Positions 9,508 through 18,999 of a stretch of 64,000 bases of DNA are shown here, piece after piece. The stretch is from contig CAVOFT010000001.1 of NCBI GenBank assembly GCA_963695095.1, positions 2,976,001 to 3,040,000 of the forward strand. The letters run 5' to 3'. Below the pieces are notes generated by a model, which was not told the origin of the DNA, searched no databases, and was given only the letters and a program-made list of their open reading frames with translations. Made by a program: the position numbers and the translations under genes. The DNA is from an uncultured bacterium (GTDB taxonomy: Bacteria > Krumholzibacteriota > Krumholzibacteriia > JACNKJ01). Positions within the stretch are counted from its first letter, which is position 1; each line of letters opens with the position of its first letter.

Positions 9508-11517
9508 CTACTTCAGCAAGAGCATCTTGCGGGTCTGCTCCCCGTCCGCGTGCTGGAGGCGGTAGAAGTACATGCCCGTCGCCAGGGTGTTGCCCGCGTC
9601 GTCGCGGCCGTTCCAGATGATCTCCTGCGGTCCCGCCGTCTGCGGCCCGTCCACAAGGGTCGCCACGCGGCGGCCGCTGGCGTCGAAGACCAGCAGCTTC
9701 GCGTCGCCCGCGCTGGGCAGCGTGAAGCGGATCGTCGTCTTCGGGTTGAAGGGGTTGGGCAGGTTCTGCTCGAGGCGCAGCGCGAAGGCTGCCGGCTCCT
9801 CGGGCACGCCCGTCAGATCCGGGTTCAGCCAGTTCATCGCCCGCTGCATGAGCAGCGCCCGATCCGCGGCGTTGTTGATCGCCTCGAAGCCGAAGCCCAG
9901 GTAGACGACGCGATAGGTGCCCGTGTCCGCGGCAACGGCGCCATTGTAGGTGGTGCCGTACCTGAAGATCACGTGCGCTGCCGCATCATAGGCGCTGATC
10001 GCGTCCGGGTACTCCTGGTTGTTCGCGCCGTCGCCGCCGCTGATCGTCAGCATCATGCCGTCGCTGATCGGATCGCCGGCCACGCCGTCCAGGGTGTAGT
10101 CGTTGGTGTCATCGAGCACGAAGTTGGCGTGCAGGTACTGGCGATACCAGGCCAGCACTGAGGACCCCAGCTGCGTCGCCAGCTCCCAGCCGACGTCCTG
10201 CCCGCTCACGAGGAGCGCGCCGCCGCCGTCCAGGTAGGCGCCGAGGGCGGCCCGGTCGGAGGCGTCCAGGGTCGGGAAGGCGAAGCCGACGTTCCAGACG
10301 ACGACGTCGAAGTTCGACAGCAGCGCGCCGGTCAGGGCCGCGCCGCTGCGATCCCAGATCGCGAAGCTGCGGCCGGTGCTGCCCAGCGCGGGGCCGTAGT
10401 AGCTCGACTCGAAGGTCTCGCCGCCGTCGTCGTCCACCAGCAGCACCTGCGTATCCGCCGTGATCGCCGAGTAGCGCAGCCGGCGATCGTCGGTCCGGTT
10501 GCCCTGGCTGTGGATGACCAGCTCCGCGGCGCCGCCGCCCGTTGCGCCGGTCTCGATGACGACGTTGTAGGTGGCCCGCTCGCCGGGCGCCAGCGTCACC
10601 TGGAGGGCGCTGTAGTTGCTGACGCCATCGGTGATGTAGGCGCTCCAGCTGCCGGGCAGGTCGCCGGTATCCAGGCTGAGATCGTAGGTGTCGGTGGCGT
10701 CGCCCACGTTGAACAGGGCGAAGTCGCCGAACTCATGGCTGCCGCTGGCCACCGCCACCCGGTCGCCCAGCGAGTAGTAGCGGAAGGCCCAGTCGCCGGT
10801 GGGCACCGACGTGCAGGACTGCTGCATCGCCTTGTCGCTGTCGCGCTGCAGGAAGGCGACGACGCGCATGTTGGCGGGGTTCCACAGCGGATCCATCGTG
10901 AAGTTGCCGGTCACGGTCTGCGTCTGCCCGGCCGTGTTGATGGTGACGGGCACGTCCGCGACGATGTCGCGCAGGACGTCCTGCTCGTAATCGCCGCTGT
11001 AGAGGCAGTCGTTCTCGATGATGCACACACGCACGCGCAGCGTGCTGATGTCGGCGACATCGTCCTCGAGATCGACCTTCACAGTGGCATAGGGGCTGGG
11101 GCCGAAGCTGTAGCCCGTGACTTCCATCGCCCAGGGCGTGGCGTCGGCGATGTGCGCCTGCACGATGGCATCGTAGGGCCCGCCGTCGATGACGTCGGTA
11201 CCGGCACCCACGAGCACCTCGGTGCCCATCCAGATCAGGGTGGGGAAGGCACTGACGCCGTAGTAGCTGAGACGCGCCATGCCGTCAGGGCAGCTGCCGA
11301 GACCGCCGCTTGAGCTGCTCAGGTAGCGAATGGAATTGAACTCTGTCCCGTCGTAACGGCCCGACATCACGGCCAGGCCTGCGTATGCACGCGGACAGTA
11401 GACTCACCAAGTCGCCGAGCCCATCTCGGCGATGACGGTGCGGGGCACCAGGGCGAAGGCCTGCGCGCTGATGAGCATCAGCAGCGCGGCGGCCAGGGTG
11501 ATCTGGAGACGCTTCAT
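9508..11517 (-). CDS. Secreted Omp28-like/thioredoxin-fold protein with FlgD-type CTD; in-frame TGA at codon 38 (probable selenocysteine, UxxC)
   Basis: ATG 11517 with GGGAGG RBS: MKRLQITLAAALLMLISAQAFA-LVPRTVIAEMGSATW-TGA-VYCPRAY, in frame with the 9508-11370 ORF (YYGVSAFPTL, NMRVVAFLQ, QNLPNPFNPKTTIRF...TRKMLLLK). Confidence 0.85.
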
Positions 11518-11675
11518 GGAACCCTCCCATGGGCAGTGAAGGAGCCTGACCTGCGCGCGCAGGCCGACCTGAGATCAGGATAATCCTACCATGTATGGCC
11601 GGCCGGCGCCCGTGGAAAGGTCAGTCGCACTGACTTTCAAAAACCGGCAACTAACCGCCCAAGCGCTCGAACGGG

Positions 11676-12011
11676 CTAGTGCGGCGAGCCGGCGGCGCAG
11701 TCCGGGCAGGGGCAGAGGGCCCGCAGGTGCTCGAAGGTGAAGATGCCCGTGTTGTGCCCGTCGCTGAAGACGGGCTGCACGGCATAGTGCCCCACGAGGG
11801 CCAGGCTCACCGGATGCACATCGGCGGCCACCCGCTCGGGATCGAGCAGGGGTGAGCCGCTCACCTCGTCCACGCAGCCGGCGCAGCGGCAGGCCAGGCG
11901 CAGCAGGCGCGCCGGATAGACGCTGCGGTGCCCGTCCGCCCAGTCGATGGCGACGTCGTGCTCGCCGTGGCGGCTGATCGATGTCGGACGCGTGCGGGGG
12001 TCGTCGGCCAT
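11676..12011 (-). CDS. DUF971 family (GBBH-like N-terminal) protein
   Basis: IDWADGHRSVY..RLLRLACRCAGC, VGHYAVQPVFSDGHNTGIFTFEHLR. Confidence 0.85.
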   Translation of the reverse strand: MADDPRTRPTSISRHGEHDVAIDWADGHRSVYPARLLRLACRCAGCVDEVSGSPLLDPERVAADVHPVSLALVGHYAVQPVFSDGHNTGIFTFEHLRALCPCPDCAAGSPH

Positions 12012-12048
12012 GCCCACCTCTCTGCAGCCCGCTGGGCGCATTTGCACC

Positions 12049-12062
12049 CGCCCCCGGGGGCG
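12049..12062. repeat. Palindrome CGCCCCCGGGGGCG copy 2 (extends to 18 bp, 12047-12064)
   Basis: Between the mrp stop and the DUF971 start. Confidence 0.9.
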
Positions 12063-12064
12063 GG

Positions 12065-13172
12065 CTAGAAGCTCAGCTTGATCTCGCCCCCCAGCTCGCC
12101 GCTGTGCGTGCGGATGCTGATCTGCGCCGCGAGCTGCGCGGCCAGGTCGCGGAAGGCCTTGCCGTGCGGGCTCTCGGCGTCCATGGCGCTGGGCAGCCCG
12201 CGGTCGCCGCGCTCGCGGATGCCGCCGGCCAGGGGCAGCTCGCCGAGGAAGGCGCAGGCCCATGGCCGCCGCCGCGCGCTTCGTGCCGCCGTTGCCGAAG
12301 ATGTCGTCGCGCTCGCCGCAGTGCGGGCAGGCGTAGTAGCTCATGTTCTCGACGAGGCCGAGCACGGGCGTCTTGAGCATCTCGAACAGCGTGATCGCCT
12401 TCTGCGCCACCTTGAGCGCCACGTCCTGCGGCGTGGAGACCACCACCGCGCCCGTGAGGGCCAGCTTCTGGCAAAGGCTGAGCTGCACGTCGCCGGTGCC
12501 GGGCGGCAGGTCGACGATGAGGTAGTCCAGCTCGCCCCACTCCACGTTGCCGAGGAACTCGTCCAGCGCCTTCGCGAGCATGGGCCCGCGCCAGACCACG
12601 GCCTGCTTCTCGTCGATGAAGAAGCCCATGGAGATCACCTTCACGCCGTGCCGGGTGACGGGCACGATGCGGCCCCCGCTCACCTGCGGCGCCTCGGTGA
12701 TGCCCATCAGCGCCGGCACGCTGGGCCCGTAGATGTCCGCGTCCATCAGCCCGACGCGCGCGCCCTGGGCGGCGAGCGCGACGGCCAGGTTCACGGCCAC
12801 GGTGCTCTTGCCCACGCCGCCCTTGCCGCTGGCCACGGGCACGATGTGCTTGACCCCCGGCACCTGCCCGCCCACCGGGCCCGTGCCGGCGGCCGTGCCC
12901 GCGCTCGGCCCCTGATGCCCGCGCACCTGGGCGGTCATCTTGATGTCCACGGACTCCACGCCGGGCACCTCGCTCACGGCGTTCATGGCCGCGTTCTTCA
13001 TCAGGTCCTTCACGGGGCAAGCCGGCGTGGTCAGCTCGATCGAGAAGGCGACGCGCCCGCCGGCGATCTTCATGTCCTTGATGAAGCCCAGGCTGACGAT
13101 GTCCTGCCTCAGGTCCGGGTCTTCCACGTGGCGCAGGGCGGCCAGCACCGCCTCTTCAGTGACCTTGCTCAT
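12065..13172 (-). CDS. mrp: Mrp/NBP35 (ApbC) Fe-S cluster carrier ATPase with N-terminal DUF59; frameshift near 12255
   Basis: [55 protein letters not shown]-terminus continues in another frame to TAG at 12065. Confidence 0.9.
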
Positions 13173-13260
13173 GGCTTCTCCTTCGTCGGGTCCGGGCTGC
13201 CGGCGGCCGCCCTGCGGCTGCCAACGGCCCTTGCGAAAGTGGACGGCGCAGGCGCGCCCG

Positions 13261-15718
13261 TCAAGGCCGACCGGCCTCGCCGGCGCGGCCGGCCCCGCCG
13301 GCCCCGCTCGCGAAGAGCGCGGCATGGCGCAGCGGCGCGGCCGGCGCTCCCGTCTCGACGCGCAGGCCGGCCGTGAGGGTGAGCGCGGCCGGGGCCAGGC
13401 AGCGCTGATCGTCGCAGGCCTGATAGCTCAGGCGCAGGCGCAGCTCGCGCGGGCCGGGCGCGGCCGCCGGCCCGGCCGCGAGCAGGGCCCGGAAGCGCAG
13501 CTCCCCCACCGGCGCCGGCAGGCGCTGCGCTTCGCCGAGGCTGAGGCCCTCGCCGCGCGATGAGCTCGAGGCGCGGCGGGGCCAGCGCCTCGCCACCGGC
13601 GCCGCCCTCCAGGTGCCAGCCCGCGTCGGCCACGGCCCGCAGCAGGAGCGGCAGGCTCTCGCCGGGCGCCAGGCTCTCGCGGCCCAGGTAGAGCTCGGCG
13701 GCGACGGGCGCCTGGCGCCGGGCGTCCTCGGGCGGGCCCTCCGCGCCGGCCAGCGGCGCGAGGCCGCGCGCCGCGCCCGCGAGGTAGTCGGCCAGCGCGG
13801 CCTGCAGGCTGAGCGTGCCCCGCGGCGCCCGCGCCATCACCGGCTGGAATACCGTGAGGGCGGCCCGCGCCGCCTCGCGGTAGCGCGCCACGCCGCTCGC
13901 CTCGGCCAGGCGCAGCAGGACCTGCGCCGCCACGCCGTTGCCGCTGGGCAAGGCGCCGTCGTAGGGATCCCGGCGGCGGAGGAAGAGGACCTCCTCGTCG
14001 TCGGCCGTGAAGAAGAAGCCGGCGCCCGCGGGGTCGGCGAAGTGCGCGAGCAGCGTGTCGGCCTGCTCGCGCGCCGCGGCGAGCCAGCGCGCGTCGCCCG
14101 TGGCCTCGTGGAGCTCGAGCAGGCCGAGGGCGAGGAAGGCGTGGTCGTCCAGGTTGGCGGCCAGGCGCGCCTCGCCCTCGCGCCAGACGGCGAGCAGGCG
14201 GCCGTCCGCGCGCAGCGAGCCGAGGACGAAGTCCGCCGTCCGGGCGGCGGCCGCTATCCAGACGGGCTCATCGAGCAGGCGGCCCGCGCGGGCGAGGCCC
14301 GCGATCATGAGGCCGTTCCAGGCGGTGAGCACCTTGTCGTCGCGCTCGGGCCAGACGCGCTGGCCGTCGCGGGCCGCGCGCAGCGTCTCGCGCCAGGCGG
14401 CGAGAGCGTCGAGCGCGACGCCCTCGCGGGCGGCGGCCTCCGCGAGCGGCTGCGGCAGGTAGAGGATGCTCTCGCCCGTCGAGCGGCCGCTGGCTTCCTC
14501 GCGGAAATTGCCCGCGGCTTCCACGCCGTAGATGCGGGCGAAGCGCGCGGCGTCCGCCTCGCCGAGCAGCGCGGCCAGCTCGGCCGGGCGCCACAGGTAG
14601 AAGAGGCCCTCCTCGCCCTCGCTGTCGGCGTCCAGGGCGGCGTGGAAGCCGCCGGCGGCGTCGCGCATGTCGCGCAGGGCCCAGCCCGCGATGCCGCGGG
14701 CCACCGCGGCGAGATCCGCGCGGCCGGTGCGCCTGGCCGCCTCGGCGTAGACGGGCAGCAGGAGCGCGTTGTCGTAGAGCATCTTCTCGAAGTGGGGCAG
14801 GAGCCAGCGGGCGTCGGTGCTGTAGCGGTGAAAGCCGCCGCCGAGCTGGTCGTGGATGCCGCCGGCGGCCATGGCCGCCAGCGTGCGCGTCACGAGGTCG
14901 AGCAGGGCGGGATCGCCCGAGCGGGCGTGCTCGGCGAGCAGCAGGGCGAGGGCCTGGTGCGGCGGAAACTTGGGCGCGCTGCCGAAGCCGCCCTGGAGGG
15001 AGTCGAAATCGGCGGCGAGCTGGCCGAGGGCCGCGTCCACCAGCTCGCGGCCCGGCTCGCTGCCGCCGGCGGGCAGCTCGCCCTGGGCGACGATGGCCGC
15101 GGCGACGGCCTCGGCCTGCTTGAGCACCTCGTCGCGCCGCTCGTCCCAGACCTGGCGCAGGTCGACGAGCATCGTCTTGAAGCCGGGCTGGCGCGGGCCG
15201 CGGTCCTCGCGCGGAAAGTAGGTACCGCAGAACCAGGGCTTGCCGTCGGGGGTGAGCCAGAGCGAGTTGGGCCAGCCGCCGCGGCCGGTGAAGAGCTGCG
15301 TGGCCGTCATCATCACGGCGTCCAGGTCGGGAAGCTCCTCGCGGTCCACCTTCACGCAGACGTAGTGCGCGTTCATCAGGGCCGCCGTCTCGGCGTCCTC
15401 GAAGGACTCGTGCTCCATGACGTGGCACCAGTGGCAGGTGGAGTAGCCGACCGAGAGGAAGATGGGCCTGTCCTCGCGCGCGGCGCGGGCCAGCGCCTCC
15501 TCGCCCCAGGGATACCAGTCCACCGGGTTGCGCGCGTGCTGCCGCAGGTAGGGGCTGGACTCGAAGACGAGGCGGTTGAAGTCGGGGCCGCCGTCGGCGG
15601 GCAGGGCGGCGATGGCCGCGGCGTCGGGCAGGGGCTGGCGCATGGCGGGCTCCGTCTCCGCGCTCGCCGCGGCGGGCGCGGCGAGGCTCAGGGCGAGGAG
15701 TAGCGTTGAGAAGCGCAC
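13261..15718 (-). CDS. YyaL/SSP411-like thioredoxin-domain protein (DUF255) with signal peptide and C-terminal DsbD-N-like domain; frameshift near 13560
   Basis: [65 protein letters not shown]; tail [14 protein letters not shown] in ORF 13261-13596. Confidence 0.85.
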
Positions 15719-15764
15719 CCCGCCAACATCGGCCCGCGGCAGCTATCCCGCAAGTGTCGACGAA

Positions 15765-16481
15765 TCAACCCATTCCGCTCTCGTTGTCCTGATCGCCACC
15801 GTTCGGACCCTCGCGCAGGCGGCGCCGCGCCCAGGGCACGAGGAGGGCGAGGGCCGCGAGCACGCCGAGCGCGATGGCCACGAGGCGCAGGGGCAGGGGC
15901 CCGCCGGCGAGGAGCTGGGCCAGGGCGTCGCTGCCGGCCACGTAGAAGAGGTGGCCGGGCAGCATGGCCAGCCAGGTCCAGAAGAGGTAGGTCCAGAAGC
16001 CCACGCTGCTGAGGCCGAAGGCGAAGTTGAGCAAGCTGTAGGGGAAGACCGGAAAGAGGCGGGCGAGGGCCACGGACAGGGCGCCGCGCGAGGCCGTCCA
16101 GCGCTCGACGGCCTGGAAGCCGCGGCGGTGCGCGAGGCGCCGGTGCACGAAGTCGCGGGCCAGGCCGCGCGCGAGCAGGAAGGCGAGGGCGGCGCCCAGC
16201 GTGGTGCCGGCGCTGGCCACGACGAGGCCCTTCAGCGTGCCGAAGAGGGCGCCGGCCGCGAGGGTGAGCGGCAGGCCGGGCAGGGCGGACATGCCCAGCA
16301 GGGCGAAGAGGCCCATGAAGACCAGCGCGCCGAGGCGATCGTGCGCGGCGATCCAGAGGCGCAGCTCGCCTAGCCCTGAGCCCAGGCCCAGCGCGTGGCC
16401 GACGACGAAGAAGATCGCCACGAGGAGCGGCAGCAGAACGGCGCGCAGGATCAGCGAGCGCGGGACGGCCGGCTTCGTCAT
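15765..16481 (-). CDS. TVP38/TMEM64 (DedA/SNARE-associated) membrane protein
   Basis: PGLPLTLAAGALFG, ARLFPVFPYSLLNFAFGLS, LAMLPG. Confidence 0.88.
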   Translation of the reverse strand: MTKPAVPRSLILRAVLLPLLVAIFFVVGHALGLGSGLGELRLWIAAHDRLGALVFMGLFALLGMSALPGLPLTLAAGALFGTLKGLVVASAGTTLGAALAFLLARGLARDFVHRRLAHRRGFQAVERWTASRGALSVALARLFPVFPYSLLNFAFGLSSVGFWTYLFWTWLAMLPGHLFYVAGSDALAQLLAGGPLPLRLVAIALGVLAALALLVPWARRRLREGPNGGDQDNESGMG

Positions 16482-16537
16482 CGCTTCCACGCAGGCTCCT
16501 TCCGCGGCGGGCTGGGCCCTGCCGGCGCTCCGGCGGC

Positions 16538-16551
16538 CGCCCCCGGGGGCG
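16538..16551. repeat. Palindrome CGCCCCCGGGGGCG copy 3
   Basis: Exact 14-mer, intergenic. Confidence 0.9.
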
Positions 16552-16651
16552 GGTCGGCGGTCGCCCCCGATAGCGGGTCGGCCCGCGGCCGGCGGCGCCG
16601 CCACGCTAGACCATTGCCGCGGGTCGGGGCAAGAGCGGCGTGTTGACGGGC

Positions 16652-16665
16652 CGCCCCCGGGGGCG
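16652..16665. repeat. Palindrome CGCCCCCGGGGGCG copy 4
   Basis: Exact 14-mer at the left edge of the TA islet. Confidence 0.9.
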
Positions 16666-16703
16666 GATTGAATGCTAACTCACTGTTTAAGAAGCATTTC
16701 GAT

Positions 16704-16750
16704 GGGCTATTCACGGCGTGAATGGATATCATTCACGGCGTGGATAGCCC
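16704..16750. repeat. 47-bp imperfect inverted repeat built from two ATTCACGGCGTG(A/G)AT units
   Basis: GGGCTATTCACGGCGTGAATG-GATAT-CATTCACGGCGTGGATAGCCC; 21-bp arms, 2 mismatches. Confidence 0.8.
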
Positions 16751-16760
16751 GGCCGACTCA

Positions 16761-16860
16761 AAATGTCGGCACTTACCCCGCTCTGCCGACATTTCGCGTT
16801 GACAGCGGCTCAGATACCCGACGCAAAATGTCGGCATGACTCGTCAGAGTGCCGACAAAA
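16761..16860 (+). promoter_or_regulatory. Two inverted-repeat operators AAATGTCGGCA-N12/13-TGCCGACA flanking a TTGACA -35
   Basis: IR1 16761-16794, TTGACA 16799-16804, IR2 16826-16860 overlapping the abiEi start. Confidence 0.65.
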
Positions 16861-17475
16861 CGAGGCAGCCGAAGGGCGCCGCCGATCCGCTGGAGCTCCT
16901 CCGTGCAGCGGGTCTCGGCGCCTTCTTCCGGCCGAGCCAGCTCGAAGCAGGCGGGCCTCACCCGCGATCGGCTGCCGGCGCTGCTGCGGTCGGGCCGGAT
17001 CGAGCGCGTCGGCCGCGGGCTCTACCGCTTCGCGGACGCCGAGCCCAGCGCGGACTACTCGGTCGCCATGGCCTGCGCGCGGGTGCCCACCAGCGTGGTC
17101 TGCCTGCTCACCGCGCTGCGCATCCACGAGATCGGCACGCAGGCGCCGGCGGCGGTGTGGCTCGCGATCCCCCACAAGGCGCGGGTGCCCCGCCTGCGCG
17201 AACTGAAGCTGCGGGTCGTGCGCTTCAGCGGCAGCGCCTGGACACTCGGCGTCGAGGACACCGCGTTCGAAGGCGTGCCGGCGCGCATCACGTCCCCCGC
17301 GCGAACGGTGGTCGACTGCTTCCGCTTCGAGCGCCTCCTTGGCCCGGAAGTGGCAATGGAGGCGCTACAGGACGGCCTGAGGCGGCGCAAGTTCACGATC
17401 GCCGAGCTGTCCCGTATCGTTCAGGTCCTCCCGTCTCGCCGCCTGAGTGCGGCACTCGACCTGCGGTCGATCTGA
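16836..17475 (+). CDS. abiEi: Type IV TA antitoxin, AbiEi family transcriptional regulator; frameshift near 16950
   Basis: FFRPSQLE / GLTRDRLPALLRSGRIERVGRGLYR wHTH, VVCLLTALRIHEIGTQAP.AVWLAIP, ITSPARTVVDCFRF. Confidence 0.85.
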
Positions 17476-17659
17476 GGCGCTGCCGGCGAGTGGGCTAATG
17501 GGTCAGTTTGCAAGCGCGGTCAATCGGTTGGCTTGGAATGCCTTGAAGGCGGCACGTAGGTTGCGACGGGTTCCGCTTCTGCTGTAGAATACGGTCGAGA
17601 TCGGCGAGGCGGCCCGATTTCCCCCTTCCCTCCCGCCTCCCCGAATCGGAGGGGTTGCT

Positions 17660-18223
17660 TTGACGCCACTGAACCCATACGTCTTCGATTTCCGCAAGGC
17701 GCTTCAGGCAACTGCAGTACTGGTGCGAGCGGATTCCGGCTCCGCGCCGTCATCTTACCTGCGCATTCTCAAACTCCTGTATATCGCCGAGCGCCGCTGC
17801 ATTGAGCAGCGGGGAGTTCCGATTTCCGGGGACCGCTTCTTCGCGCTTGAGAAGGGGCCGGTCAACCACCACGTGATGAATCTGATCAAGAACCGCCATG
17901 ATCGCTCTGCCGAGTGGTTTGGATTCATTGAAACCGACCAAACCAAAATCAAGATCGTGCGCGATCCAGGAAACGGAGCCCTAAGCCAGTTCGAGATTGA
18001 CGCGCTTCAGTGGGCAGTATCCCAGTACTCAAGCATGGACGAATGGGACATCGTTGATGCCACCCATGAGTTTCCCGAATGGAAGGAAACCTACCCCGGC
18101 GATAGCCGAGCCGCGGAGATCCCGTTTGAGCTTATCCTCAAGAAGGTGGGCTGGACAGAGGCCCAAGCCAGGGAACTGATCCAAGAGGCAGAGCGGGACA
18201 GCGAGCTCTCCAAGTTCCTTTGA
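17660..18223 (+). CDS. Panacea (DUF4065/SocA-like) antitoxin
   Basis: YLRILKLLYIAER, PISGDRFFALEKGPV, DIVDATHEFPEWK; lower GC3. Confidence 0.8.
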   Translation: MTPLNPYVFDFRKALQATAVLVRADSGSAPSSYLRILKLLYIAERRCIEQRGVPISGDRFFALEKGPVNHHVMNLIKNRHDRSAEWFGFIETDQTKIKIVRDPGNGALSQFEIDALQWAVSQYSSMDEWDIVDATHEFPEWKETYPGDSRAAEIPFELILKKVGWTEAQARELIQEAERDSELSKFL

Positions 18224-18619
18224 GCCCAGGCGGGCAAGCGATTCGACTTGGGACCGCCTTCTACTTCCAGGCAAGGTCCAGCCCCGCGCCCCACCTGTAT
18301 GTCGTGATTTCAGATCCGGCCGACAATCCCGATGGGATTGTCGTCGTAAACGTTAGCACCTTCAGGCCTTACAAGGATCCGAGCTGTATTCTGGAGCGCG
18401 GAGAGCACCCCAGGATAACGCGGAGAAGCTGCATCGAGTACGATCGGGCCAGAATCCCAAGCATTGAGCGCATAGAGAACGGGCTTGCATCTGGAGCACT
18501 CAGGGCTGTCGAAGACATGCCCGCCCCGACCTTGCAGAAGATCCACTACGGAGCGAGGATCACCAACAGGCTCCAGGGCGAAGCGGTGGCCATCCTCGAA
18601 GTCCCAGGGCCTCATCTAG
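18220..18619 (+). CDS. Putative PemK/MazF-fold toxin coupled to the Panacea antitoxin
   Basis: Start overlaps antitoxin stop; PHLYVVISDP..DGIVVVNVST...DPSCILERGEHPRITRRSCIEYDRAR; probable extra C near 18604 gives ...EVQGLI-TAG at 18619. Confidence 0.6.
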
Positions 18620-18666
18620 CCGGGGCACACCTTCACTTCACCGCGCGCGGCTACCCCTTGCCAACC

Positions 18667-18680
18667 CGCCCCCGGGGGCG
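18667..18680. repeat. Palindrome CGCCCCCGGGGGCG copy 5
   Basis: Exact 14-mer at the right edge of the TA islet. Confidence 0.9.
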
Positions 18681-18716
18681 GCACACTGGGGGCCCCTCTC
18701 CGGAAGGAGCGACGCC

Positions 18717-18965
18717 ATGCCCGAGCCCAAGATCGCCGCGCGCAAGCCCGCCGTGCTCGAACTCGCCGCCGGCACGCACGCCTGGTGCGCCTGCGGGGAG
18801 TCCAAGAACCAGCCCTTCTGCGACGGCAGCCACAAGACGACGGCCTTCCGCCCGCACGTGTTCACGCTGGCGGAGCCGAAGAAGGTGGCCCTGTGCCAGT
18901 GCAAGCACACGGGCGGGCTGCCCTTCTGCGACGGCGCGCACAAGAGCCTGCCGGCCGAGGACTGA
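18717..18965 (+). CDS. CDGSH iron-sulfur domain protein (two CDGSH motifs)
   Basis: WCACGESKNQPFCDGSH and LCQCKHTGGLPFCDGAH; AAGGAG RBS. Confidence 0.93.
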   Translation: MPEPKIAARKPAVLELAAGTHAWCACGESKNQPFCDGSHKTTAFRPHVFTLAEPKKVALCQCKHTGGLPFCDGAHKSLPAED

Positions 18966-18999
18966 GTCGTGGGTTGCTTGGCCGCACGCGTAGGAGGCC

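Noticed and set aside
11676..13325. Mrp-DUF971 fusion suggested by the 549-aa ORF
   Set aside because: Created by the frameshift near 12255; Mrp ends at TAG 12065 and DUF971 has its own RBS and ATG at 12011.
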